From contig CAYTMQ010000006.1 of the NCBI GenBank assembly GCA_964438995.1, forward strand, positions 133,208 to 197,207: 64,000 nt of DNA, read 5' to 3'. A model generated the notes under the pieces. That model was not told the DNA's origin. It did not search any database and saw nothing but the letters and a program-made list of their open reading frames with translations. Numbering within the stretch: position 1 is the first letter of the stretch; the number at the start of each line of letters is the position of its first letter. A program made the translations under genes and the position numbers. Positions 37,290-45,358 of the stretch are shown here, piece by piece. The DNA is from an uncultured Chitinophaga sp. GTDB lineage: Bacteria; Bacteroidota; Bacteroidia; NS11-12g; UBA955.

Positions 37290-37337
37290 CAACCTTGTAA
37301 GGTTGGTTTAGAACGTTTCGACAACCTTGTAAGGTTG
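37290..37337. repeat. two copies of the 16-bp palindrome CAACCTTGTAAGGTTG spaced 32 bp apart
   Basis: Exact copies at 37290-37305 and 37322-37337. The reverse-complement form CAACCTTACAAGGTT(G) recurs twice at 57924-57969. Confidence 0.9.
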
Positions 37338-37348
37338 GAAGGGTTGAT

Positions 37349-37525
37349 GTCCTCTCGTCGCGGACTTCAGGACTACCGAATGTCGGAGGTCGTAACATCG
37401 GAGGTCGTAACGTCGGAGGTTGAAACGTCGAAGGTTGTAACGCTTGCCCAGTATCGTGTCGAGTCCTCGAGACTCTGATGCTGGGTCGTAGGTCCTCTCG
37501 TCGCGGTCTTAAGGGCAACCGAATG
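37349..37525. repeat. G+C-rich composite repeat: two 34-bp direct repeats bracketing four tandem 15-bp units
   Basis: The 34-mers at 37349-37382 and 37492-37525 are identical at 30 of 34 positions (GTCCTCTCGTCGCGGaCTTcAGGaCtACCGAATG). The tandem units are TCGGAGGTCGTAACA, TCGGAGGTCGTAACG, TCGGAGGTTGAAACG and TCGAAGGTTGTAACG at 37383-37442. Confidence 0.9.
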
Positions 37526-37591
37526 GAGGTTGTATTTTATTGCTCAGATATTCAGACAGTTGTGATTTAATCGATAAAAATATTTTTTTAA

Positions 37592-37613
37592 TTAACACTG
37601 TTAAGTAATTTTG
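37592..37613 (+). promoter_or_regulatory. candidate TetR operator (perfect palindrome TTAACACTGTTAA) abutting a -7 box (TAATTTTG)
   Basis: The palindrome is at 37592-37604. TAATTTTG is at 37606-37613, 13 nt upstream of the tetR ATG at 37627. Confidence 0.5.
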
Positions 37614-37626
37614 TGCCGAAGTATTT

Positions 37627-38235
37627 ATGGGAATTTCTGAAAGAAAAGAAAAAGAAAAAGCTGATTTGAGAAAATCCATTCTCGATGCCGCAAGGGATTT
37701 GTTCCTTGAGAAAGGCTTTGAACATACTTCTATTAGAAATATAGCCGAAAGAATTGAATACTCGCCGACAACTATCTACCTTTACTTCAAAGACAAAGAC
37801 AGCATCTTTCTTGAACTTCACAACGAAGGTTTCCAAATTCTCGGTCAACAAATGTATGCCTTGACCCAAGTTGAGGATCCAATGGAAAGACTGAAAGCAA
37901 TGGGTCGTATGTACATCCATTTCGCTAAGGAAAATCCAGGATACTACGATTTGATGTTTGTTCAAAATGCTCCAATGGATTGTCTCGATGAAGAAAAATG
38001 GGAAGCAGGCTCTTCTGCATTCGATGTTTTAAAACTGACAGTTCAACAATGTATGGACAAAGGCTACTTGCCATTTGATGATGCTGAAATGGGAGCATTT
38101 TCAATCTGGTCTACTATGCATGGTATGTGCACACTGCAGTTTAGAAACAGATGTATGGTGCTTTCTGAAGACAAACAAGAACACGCTCTAGAAATAGGGT
38201 TAAACGAATTTATAAAATTACTCACTCAACAATAA
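37627..38235 (+). CDS. TetR/AcrR family transcriptional regulator
   Basis: 202 aa. ILDAARDLFLEKGFEHTSIRNIAERIEYSPTTIYLYFKDK is a TetR_N HTH. Confidence 0.9.
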   Translation: MGISERKEKEKADLRKSILDAARDLFLEKGFEHTSIRNIAERIEYSPTTIYLYFKDKDSIFLELHNEGFQILGQQMYALTQVEDPMERLKAMGRMYIHFAKENPGYYDLMFVQNAPMDCLDEEKWEAGSSAFDVLKLTVQQCMDKGYLPFDDAEMGAFSIWSTMHGMCTLQFRNRCMVLSEDKQEHALEIGLNEFIKLLTQQ

Positions 38236-38253
38236 AAAAATTTTAATAAATAC

Positions 38254-38266
38254 TTAACACTGTAAA
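38254..38266 (+). promoter_or_regulatory. second copy of the operator-like motif (TTAACACTGTAAA)
   Basis: Matches the 37592-37604 palindrome at 12 of 13 positions. It sits 12 nt upstream of the TolC-family gene start. Confidence 0.4.
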
Positions 38267-38277
38267 GTATAATAACG

Positions 38278-39645
38278 ATGAAAATAAATTTCAACATTAA
38301 CTACTATTTAGTCCCGATGCTGCTTAGCTTAATGATGTTACCTTCAAAGGCAATATCTCAGGACTCGCTTCAGGCTTACATACAAATAGGCTTAAAGAAC
38401 AACCTTACAGTTCAGCAAAAAAACCTCAATATCGAACAGGCGTCTTTAGCGCTTTCTTCAGCAAAAGGTTTGTTTTTGCCTACTATTAATTTTAATGGCT
38501 TGGTTTCTCATGCAGATGGTGGCAGATATGCCGACTTGCCTCTAGGTGATATGTTGAATCCTGTGTACTCAACTTTAAACCAAATGACATCTAGTAACAG
38601 TTTTCCAAGCATCAGCAACCAAAGCATCAATTTCTTACCTCAGAAATACTACGATGTGTATTTTAGAACATCTATGCCTCTGTACAATGGTCAGCTCAAG
38701 CAAAATAAGTTGATCAATGCTTCACAAATTAGCATCAAACAATTAGAATTAGAGGCTTATAAACGCGACTTGGTTAAGGAAATTAAAAATGCCTATTACG
38801 ATTATCAATCTGCAAATGCAGCGATGGTAATTTACAGTCAAGCAATTCAGTTGTTAGAGAAAAACGTTCAAGTAAACCAATCTTTGTACAACAATGGTAA
38901 AGGGTTACAAGCAAATGTGTTGAGGTCTAAAGCTGAGTTAGAGAAGGTCAATGCCATGTACAAAGCTGCCGAATTGAACGTTGTAAACGCTAAATCGTAT
39001 TTCAATTTTCTTTTAAACCGTCCTCTTAATGTGTTTGTTGATGTGTTAACTGAACAACAATTAATGGCAGTTTCAGAACTCTCTTCAGATACCAGTTTGA
39101 TTAAAGTTAGAGAGGAAATAAAAATGTTAGAAGTAGCTGGTAATATTCAGTCTTCAATTGTAAAGCTCAATCAAGCTAGTAAGTTGCCCACTGTGGCTGC
39201 ATTCGTTGATTTAGGTGCTCAAGCTGTCAATTTTGAAGTCAGTAAAAAGGCCCCATATTATATGGTTGGTTTAACAGTAAGTGTTCCTATTTATAATGGT
39301 TCAAGAAATGACATTCAAATTAAAACCAGTCAGATTGATTGTGAAAAAAACGATTTAATGTTATCTCAAACTGAACAAGCTTTTCAATTGGAACATTCAA
39401 TGGCCGAAAATGCTTTGAATGTGGCCAAGCAAACTTTACTATCGGAAACATCTGCTTTAAAAAGCGCAGAATCGTATTATAATCTTATTGATAAAGGATA
39501 CAAAGAAGGTATACACTCTCTTATTGAATATATTGACGCAAGGTCGCAGTTAACTGAAGCCTTAATGCGCAAAAATATAGCAGTTTTTAATGTATTAAAA
39601 GCTCAAGCAAATTTAGAAAGACAAAACGCATCATTTACATTTTAA
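38278..39645 (+). CDS. TolC-family outer membrane efflux protein
   Basis: 455 aa. Signal peptide and a two-repeat OEP architecture with typical LNIEQA..L..AKG and coiled-coil heptads. Confidence 0.85.
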   Translation: MKINFNINYYLVPMLLSLMMLPSKAISQDSLQAYIQIGLKNNLTVQQKNLNIEQASLALSSAKGLFLPTINFNGLVSHADGGRYADLPLGDMLNPVYSTLNQMTSSNSFPSISNQSINFLPQKYYDVYFRTSMPLYNGQLKQNKLINASQISIKQLELEAYKRDLVKEIKNAYYDYQSANAAMVIYSQAIQLLEKNVQVNQSLYNNGKGLQANVLRSKAELEKVNAMYKAAELNVVNAKSYFNFLLNRPLNVFVDVLTEQQLMAVSELSSDTSLIKVREEIKMLEVAGNIQSSIVKLNQASKLPTVAAFVDLGAQAVNFEVSKKAPYYMVGLTVSVPIYNGSRNDIQIKTSQIDCEKNDLMLSQTEQAFQLEHSMAENALNVAKQTLLSETSALKSAESYYNLIDKGYKEGIHSLIEYIDARSQLTEALMRKNIAVFNVLKAQANLERQNASFTF

Positions 39646-39657
39646 AAAAACATCAAA

Positions 39658-40698
39658 ATGAATAAACATATAACAATTTTAGCATTATCACTATCAGTTT
39701 TGATAGCATCATGCTCAACAAAAGACATTAAAAAAGACAACAAAGTTGACGATGATATTCCGGTATCAGTGGTTTCTATCGAGCAAGCAAATGCGTCTCA
39801 AACCATTGAAGCTACTGGAACTCTTACTACAGATGATGAAACCTATCTATCCTTTAAAACTGGTGGAATTATCAAATCAATTTTTGTAAAAGAAGGTGAT
39901 GTCGTAAAAGCTGGTCAAATATTAGCAACGCTTGATTTGACAGAAATTAGAACAATGGTTGAACAAGCGAGAATAGGCTATGAAAAAGCCAAAAGAGATG
40001 CCGCAAGGGTTAGAAATTTGTATCGCGATAGTGTTGCGACATTAGAACAATTGCAAAATGTAGAATCTTTTTTAGAATTGAGCAGACAGCAATTAACTGG
40101 GGCTGAATTTAATTTATCACATTCTGAAATTAGAGCATTGAAAAATGGTGTGGTGATGAAAAAATTCGCCAATGATGGTCAGATGTCAGGACCAGGTACT
40201 CCAGTATTATTGGTGAATGGCGCGGGTTCTGGAAAGTGGATTTTGAGGGTAGGCTTAAGCGACCAATTATGGAATGCGACAAAGGTAGGAGATAAGGCTG
40301 AGGTAACAATTTCAGCCATTGGTAACGAGTTGCTTCAAGCAACAGTTGTGAGAAAATCAGAAATGGCAGATCCATACACAGGTACTTTTTCAGTTGATGT
40401 TGCATTGAACAACAGTCATTCGAAAATTGCGGCAGGTATGATAGGGAAGGTCATGATTCACCCAAGCACACAGTCTAAAGTGTGGACTGTTCCTTATGAA
40501 GCATTATTGGATGCCAATGGCGATGAGTCGTATGCCTTTGTTGTGGGAGCAGACAATGTTGCAAAAAAAGTGAAAGTAAAATTGGGCGCTGTACACAATC
40601 AATCGATAGAAATTATAAGTGGATTGGAGTCATACACTTTATTGATTACAAAAGGCAACGCCTATTTAAAAGATGGTTCAAAAGTTAAAATCAAATAA
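39658..40698 (+). CDS. efflux RND transporter periplasmic adaptor subunit
   Basis: 346 aa. Lipoprotein signal (LIASCS), biotinyl-lipoyl-like hairpin (VKEGDVVKAGQILATLD) and a coiled-coil hairpin. Confidence 0.85.
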   Translation: MNKHITILALSLSVLIASCSTKDIKKDNKVDDDIPVSVVSIEQANASQTIEATGTLTTDDETYLSFKTGGIIKSIFVKEGDVVKAGQILATLDLTEIRTMVEQARIGYEKAKRDAARVRNLYRDSVATLEQLQNVESFLELSRQQLTGAEFNLSHSEIRALKNGVVMKKFANDGQMSGPGTPVLLVNGAGSGKWILRVGLSDQLWNATKVGDKAEVTISAIGNELLQATVVRKSEMADPYTGTFSVDVALNNSHSKIAAGMIGKVMIHPSTQSKVWTVPYEALLDANGDESYAFVVGADNVAKKVKVKLGAVHNQSIEIISGLESYTLLITKGNAYLKDGSKVKIK

Positions 40699-40701
40699 GC
40701 C

Positions 40702-43700
40702 ATGAAAATTTCGCAGTACGCAGTAAAAAATTATCAGTTCACCTTGGTGATTTTCATCATGGCCATTGCACTTGGTTTGAATACCTTGTTCAATATGCCA
40801 AGGAGTGAAGACCCAAATACCAAAATTCCAATGTATCCAATTATAGTGGTATATCCTGGCGCTGGTCCGGCTGATATTGAAGAATTGGTAGTAAAACCGA
40901 TAGAAAAGAAGGTCTATTCGTTAGAAAATATTAAAAGGATTAAAACCAACATCAAAGATGGAGTTGCAGTTTTAACAGTAGAGTATAAGTATGAAAGTGA
41001 TGTCGATGAAAAGTATCAGGAATTGATAAGGGAAGTGAATGGAATGAGGGATCAATTGCCCAAAGAAATTTTGAGCATTGAAGTCAAGAAAACAAGTCCA
41101 ACTGATGTCAATATTTTACAAGCAGCTTTAATCAGTGAGAATGCTTCACTTGATGAATTGAAGCACAAGGCTGAAGATTTGCAAGAACAATTAGAAAAAT
41201 TACCTGAATTAAAAAATGTCAACATTTATGGTCTTCCTGAGAAGATTGTAAGAATTGATTTGAACCTTGAACGTCTTGCTGCTATGCGTATTCCCGTGAT
41301 GGCTATTGCTGGTTCTATACAAAGTGAAATTGCCAATATTCCTGGTGGTTCTGTCATTGCAGGAACGAAAACTTTCAATGTTAAAACCAGTGGCAATTAC
41401 AAAAGTTTAGAAGAAATAGCCAATACAGTGGTTTATAGTTACAATGGCAAATCGATTGTATTAAAAGATATTGCCAATGTGCACTTTGATCACGAGGCGT
41501 ATACCCACATCACAAGGTTAAATGGTCATAGAGCATTGTTCGTAACCGCTGCTCAAAAAGAAGGTTTTAATATTTCAAAAACACAGAAGAAGTATTTGGA
41601 AGTATTTAAGGACGTAAAAAAGGGCATGCCTGAGGACATTGATTTGGTGTTGAATTTTGATCAGGCAAGCAATGTAAACAAGCGATTAGGCGGATTAGGA
41701 ATCGACTTTATTATAGCCATTTTATTGGTTGCTATAACTCTTCTTCCTTTGGGAGGAAGGGCGGCATTGGTGGTGATGATTTCAATTCCATTGTCACTAG
41801 CAATAGGATTGGTGATTTTGAATGCACTAGGCTATAATATCAATCAGTTGAGTATAGTTGGAATGGTAGTAGCCTTAGGATTGTTGGTGGACGATAGTAT
41901 TGTGGTTGTTGAAAACATTGAGCGATGGCTGAGAGAAGGTCATTCGAAAATGGACGCAACCCTTAAGGCTACTGGTCAGATAGGTTTGTCTGTCATTGGC
42001 TGCACCGTTACATTGATGATAGCTTTTATGCCTTTGATGTTTATGCCAGAAGCAGCAGGTGATTTTATCAGAAGTTTACCTGTAGCTGTATTGAGTAGTG
42101 TATTGGCTTCTATGGTGGTGTCTTTAACCATTATACCTTTTTTGTCGAGTAGATTGTTAAAAGAGCATAAGGGCGATGACAAAGGCAATATCTTTTTAAG
42201 AGGATTACAACGTGTGATTCATGTAACTTATTCAGTTTGGTTAGACAAAGCTTTGAAACGTCCAATTTTGTCTTTGATTATCTCAGTGGTAATATTTGCA
42301 GGTTCCTTAAGTTTATTTCCAGTAATTGGTTTTAGCTTGTTTCCGGCATCAGAAAAACCACAATTATTGGTCAATATCATTACACCCATTCAAACCAATT
42401 TAGAGCACACCGATTCGGTGACTCAAAAAGTTGAAAAAGTGCTTTCATCCACTCAAGGTATAGAGTATTTTTCTACCAATGTTGGTAAGGGCAATCCTAC
42501 CATTTATTACAATGTGATACCAGAAAATGAGAGAACCGATTACACCCAAATTTTTGTGCAATTAGAAGACAATACAAGTGCTGAGAAAAAACTTGAAATT
42601 GCTGATCAATTGAGAGCGCAGTTTGCAGAATTTACAGATGCAAAAGTTGAAGTTAAAAATTTCGAGCAAGGTCCGCCAATTACAGCACCAGTTGAAGTAA
42701 GATTGACTGGAGAAAATTTGGATACTTTGAGGGCATTGGCCAATCAAGTTGAACAGATGTTAGAAAACACACAAGGTACTATGTACATTGATAATCCTAT
42801 GCGCAATTTAAAGTCTGATTTAAAGGTGGATATTGATATTGAAAAAGCGCGATTATTAGGTATCAATACAGTAGACATAGATAGGACTGTTAGGCTAGCA
42901 ATAGCAGGATTAAACTTAGGTAGTTTTACCGATACAAAAGACGAAGACTACGACATCGTTTTAACGACACCTAAATTAGAGCGACCAAATGTTTCAGTTT
43001 TTAGTGGAATATACATCAACAATATGGGCAATCAGGCTATACCATTAAGTCAGTTTGCTAGTTTGAAAATGGAAAGTTCGCCTTTGTTTATCAACCATTT
43101 TAACAAAGTAAGAGCGGTAACAGTAAGTGCATTTGTACAAAAGGGTTTACTAAACGATGAAGTCATTCAAAAAGTGATCAAGCAAATGGATAAAATGCCA
43201 TTGCCAGAAGGGTATAAATATGTGATGGGTGGAGAGATAGAGTCGCGAAATGAATCGTTTGGCGGATTTGAAACAGTGATATTGGTAACAGTCTTTTTAT
43301 TCATAGCAGTTTTGGTGTTGTTGTTTAAAACATTTAAGAGTACATTGATTGTATTATCTGTTATTCCATTGGGTATGGTTGGTGCATTAATTGCTTTGTG
43401 GGTGACTGGCAATTCATTGTCTTTTGTAGCTATTATCGGATTGATAGCTTTAGCAGGTATAGAGGTGAAAAATTCTATTTTACTTGTCGATTTTACAAAT
43501 CAGTTGCGAGCAGGAGGAATGGATTTAGATAAGGCGATAAAGGAAGCAGGAGAAGTAAGGTTTTTGCCAATAGTATTAACAACATTGACTGCCATTGGAG
43601 GATTATTGCCAATCGCATTGTCATCCAATCCATTGATATCACCATTGGCCATTGTTTTAATAGGAGGATTGATTAGTTCTACCTTATTGTCGAGGATAGT

Positions 43701-43758
43701 AACACCAATTGTTTACAGGTTGATTCCACCAAAGATAGAACAGCAATCTGCTCAGTAA
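40702..43758 (+). CDS. efflux RND transporter permease subunit (AcrB/HAE family)
   Basis: 1018 aa. 12-TM/two-periplasmic-loop layout. VGMVVALGLLVDDSIVVVENIER and GLIALAGIEVKNSILLVDF motifs. Confidence 0.92.
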   Translation: MKISQYAVKNYQFTLVIFIMAIALGLNTLFNMPRSEDPNTKIPMYPIIVVYPGAGPADIEELVVKPIEKKVYSLENIKRIKTNIKDGVAVLTVEYKYESDVDEKYQELIREVNGMRDQLPKEILSIEVKKTSPTDVNILQAALISENASLDELKHKAEDLQEQLEKLPELKNVNIYGLPEKIVRIDLNLERLAAMRIPVMAIAGSIQSEIANIPGGSVIAGTKTFNVKTSGNYKSLEEIANTVVYSYNGKSIVLKDIANVHFDHEAYTHITRLNGHRALFVTAAQKEGFNISKTQKKYLEVFKDVKKGMPEDIDLVLNFDQASNVNKRLGGLGIDFIIAILLVAITLLPLGGRAALVVMISIPLSLAIGLVILNALGYNINQLSIVGMVVALGLLVDDSIVVVENIERWLREGHSKMDATLKATGQIGLSVIGCTVTLMIAFMPLMFMPEAAGDFIRSLPVAVLSSVLASMVVSLTIIPFLSSRLLKEHKGDDKGNIFLRGLQRVIHVTYSVWLDKALKRPILSLIISVVIFAGSLSLFPVIGFSLFPASEKPQLLVNIITPIQTNLEHTDSVTQKVEKVLSSTQGIEYFSTNVGKGNPTIYYNVIPENERTDYTQIFVQLEDNTSAEKKLEIADQLRAQFAEFTDAKVEVKNFEQGPPITAPVEVRLTGENLDTLRALANQVEQMLENTQGTMYIDNPMRNLKSDLKVDIDIEKARLLGINTVDIDRTVRLAIAGLNLGSFTDTKDEDYDIVLTTPKLERPNVSVFSGIYINNMGNQAIPLSQFASLKMESSPLFINHFNKVRAVTVSAFVQKGLLNDEVIQKVIKQMDKMPLPEGYKYVMGGEIESRNESFGGFETVILVTVFLFIAVLVLLFKTFKSTLIVLSVIPLGMVGALIALWVTGNSLSFVAIIGLIALAGIEVKNSILLVDFTNQLRAGGMDLDKAIKEAGEVRFLPIVLTTLTAIGGLLPIALSSNPLISPLAIVLIGGLISSTLLSRIVTPIVYRLIPPKIEQQSAQ

Positions 43759-43777
43759 TTTTGTTGTATAAAAGTTG

Positions 43778-43808
43778 AAAAAATCCTGGAGAAATTCAGG
43801 ATTTTTTT
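43778..43808 (+). terminator. rho-independent terminator of the efflux operon
   Basis: aaaaaATCCTG-gagaaatt-CAGGATttttttt. Confidence 0.75.
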
Positions 43809-43930
43809 GTTGGTGAATTTGGTTTTAAATATGTGTTAAATCAGAATTGTGTCATTCTAAAATATATTTTAAATAGTTGGAAAATCTATCTATTTAAATT
43901 AAAATTGTTTTTTAAAACTAAATTATTTCC

Positions 43931-45019
43931 ATGTCAAAGTCTTTTCACAATTTTTTATTTCTTTTTGTCTATTGTGTGGTTTCTGTATCTCATGCCCATC
44001 ATTTAGTTCCTTTTCAATACCCTGGCATTTCTGGTAAATGGGGCTACAAAGATACTGTTACCAATCAAGTTATATTGTATTGGCATTTTGATGCAGCCGA
44101 ACCTTTTGGGGCTGATGGATTGGCGAGAGTGAAGGTTGATAACAAATTTGGTTGTATTGATACTGCTGGAGTAATCGTTATACCAATTCAATACCGCAAT
44201 TTGTCGAGTGGATTTAAAAATGATACTTTGTATTGCTCTGAAAAATCAAAAAATATATTTTATGTCAGAAAGCAAGGTGTGTTTATCAAGTACAATGTCG
44301 ATTTTCAAGTTAAAGAAAAAGAGCCTCAATTAAATCAGCTGACAAGAATTAAAGTGTTCAAATACCCAAAAGATAGTGCATTGTGTAATTTGTTATGGAG
44401 AGGTCAGATGAACGATAATTGGCCAACTTATCGTTTTACCTCAGATGATAATGCCTCAATCTATGGTGATGATAATTCACAAAACTTTCAGAGACGGAAG
44501 TATTTTAATCTGATATCTGGAATAGGAATAAACACAGCCTATCAACCTTTAGTACCAGTTGATGAACCCAACAGTCCATTTAATTTTACTTATATTGATG
44601 TAAATTACAGCAGATTTATAAACAGTAAATTAAATAAGCGTTCATTATATGGACTAGGTGTTTCGTATTGTAGAACCGTATCTTTCGGGGATAGTTTTTC
44701 TTATCGCAACAAGCAATTATCATTGGATTTTTTAAATCGATTTTATTTAGCGAAAGGATTTTACTTACACATGACAGTATCACCAGTTGTGAACAGCGAT
44801 GTAAAATATAAATCAAGAATTCCTAATACCAATCAGTCATGGAAGAATTTTCCAACACAAAATTCAAGAATAAGTGCAGGTTTTTCGTTTGGTTTTGGAT
44901 TCAATGTCATAGAGCGATTAGAGTTCTTGGCAAATTATCAATATGTTCCGAATCCTTTCAACAACAACAGAATTAGAAGTAATTTTTTAGAATTTGGGGC
45001 ATTTATAAATTTGGAGTGA
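43931..45019 (+). CDS. secreted WG-repeat (KWG-type) protein with a beta-barrel-like C-terminal half
   Basis: 362 aa. Signal peptide; GKWGYKD and FGCIDTAGVIVIPIQY (WG-containing repeats). The C-terminal ~170 aa show alternating beta-strand patterns (ISAGFSFGFGFNV, LEFLANYQY, LEFGAFINLE). Confidence 0.55.
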   Translation: MSKSFHNFLFLFVYCVVSVSHAHHLVPFQYPGISGKWGYKDTVTNQVILYWHFDAAEPFGADGLARVKVDNKFGCIDTAGVIVIPIQYRNLSSGFKNDTLYCSEKSKNIFYVRKQGVFIKYNVDFQVKEKEPQLNQLTRIKVFKYPKDSALCNLLWRGQMNDNWPTYRFTSDDNASIYGDDNSQNFQRRKYFNLISGIGINTAYQPLVPVDEPNSPFNFTYIDVNYSRFINSKLNKRSLYGLGVSYCRTVSFGDSFSYRNKQLSLDFLNRFYLAKGFYLHMTVSPVVNSDVKYKSRIPNTNQSWKNFPTQNSRISAGFSFGFGFNVIERLEFLANYQYVPNPFNNNRIRSNFLEFGAFINLE

Positions 45020-45053
45020 TTTTGACCTATTTTATACTTATTCTCAGAAGGTC

Positions 45054-45150
45054 AACATGCTATGCTGCAATCTCGGTAGGTCTGCATGCATTCTGTAATC
45101 TCGGAAGGTCTACATGCTACGCTGTAATCTCGGTAGGTCTGCATGCATGC
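45054..45150. repeat. about 3.4 tandem copies of a 28-29 bp G+C-rich unit
   Basis: Units are TGCAATCTCGGTAGGTCTGCATGCATTC (45066-45093), TGTAATCTCGGAAGGTCTACATGCTACGC (45094-45122) and TGTAATCTCGGTAGGTCTGCATGCATGC (45123-45150). They are preceded by the partial unit AACATGCTATGC. Confidence 0.9.
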
Positions 45151-45157
45151 TGCAGAC

Positions 45158-45190
45158 AAAAAAAGAGAGCTTAATAGCTCTCTCTTTTTT
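45158..45190. terminator. bidirectional terminator downstream of tRNA-Phe
   Basis: aaaaaaAGAGAGCT-taat-AGCTCTCTcttttttt. An 8-bp perfect stem with T-runs on both strands. Confidence 0.8.
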
Positions 45191-45191
45191 G

Positions 45192-45264
45192 TGGTATCTC
45201 GCGGAATCGAACCGCGGACACAAGGATTTTCAGTCCTTTGCTCTACCAACTGAGCTAAGATACC
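45192..45264 (-). tRNA. tRNA-Phe (anticodon GAA)
   Basis: The minus strand reads GGTATCTTAGCTCAGTTGGTAGAGCAAAGGACTGAAAATCCTTGTGTCCGCGGTTCGATTCCGCGAGATACCA. I folded it by hand into a 7-bp acceptor (GGTATCT/AGATACC), D arm GCTC/GAGC, anticodon arm AAGGA-CTGAAAA-TCCTT and T arm CGCGG-TTCGATT-CCGCG. 73 nt; CCA is not encoded. Confidence 0.92.
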
Positions 45265-45358
45265 TTTTTCCGAATTGGAGTGCAAAAATATTCTTTTTTT
45301 TTAATCCCACAAAACTATTTTTCTCTTTTTTGTTTTATTATTGAACTTTCTTTTCAAT

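Noticed and set aside
37279-37518. 79-aa minus-strand ORF (MPLRPRREDLRPS...PPTLRPPMLRPPTF...) covering the G+C-rich repeat element
   Set aside because: Its Pro/Arg-rich periodic sequence is simply the translation of the 15-bp (multiple of 3) tandem units and the 34-bp direct repeats. It has no plausible start context and no family resemblance. I treat the region as a non-coding repeat.
37588-37965. 125-aa minus-strand ORF antisense to the tetR gene
   Set aside because: It overlaps the clearly recognisable TetR HTH coding region and its promoter/operator. No motifs are present. It is an antisense artefact.
45054-45150. Possible CRISPR array (also considered for the units at 37383-37442)
   Set aside because: The repeats are directly contiguous with no unique spacers, number only 3-4 copies, are degenerate, and no cas genes are present in the window.
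45020-45340. tRNA-Phe as an integration site for a genomic island or prophage
   Set aside because: There is no integrase, no phage or plasmid genes, and no duplicated tRNA 3'-end direct repeat visible on either side. The flanking genes look like ordinary chromosomal genes.
45052-45344. Two track ORFs (45052..45285 minus, 45114..45344 plus) around 45.1-45.3 kb
   Set aside because: Both run through the tRNA-Phe gene, its terminator hairpin and the tandem repeats. Their sequences are low-complexity read-through of those elements, not genes.
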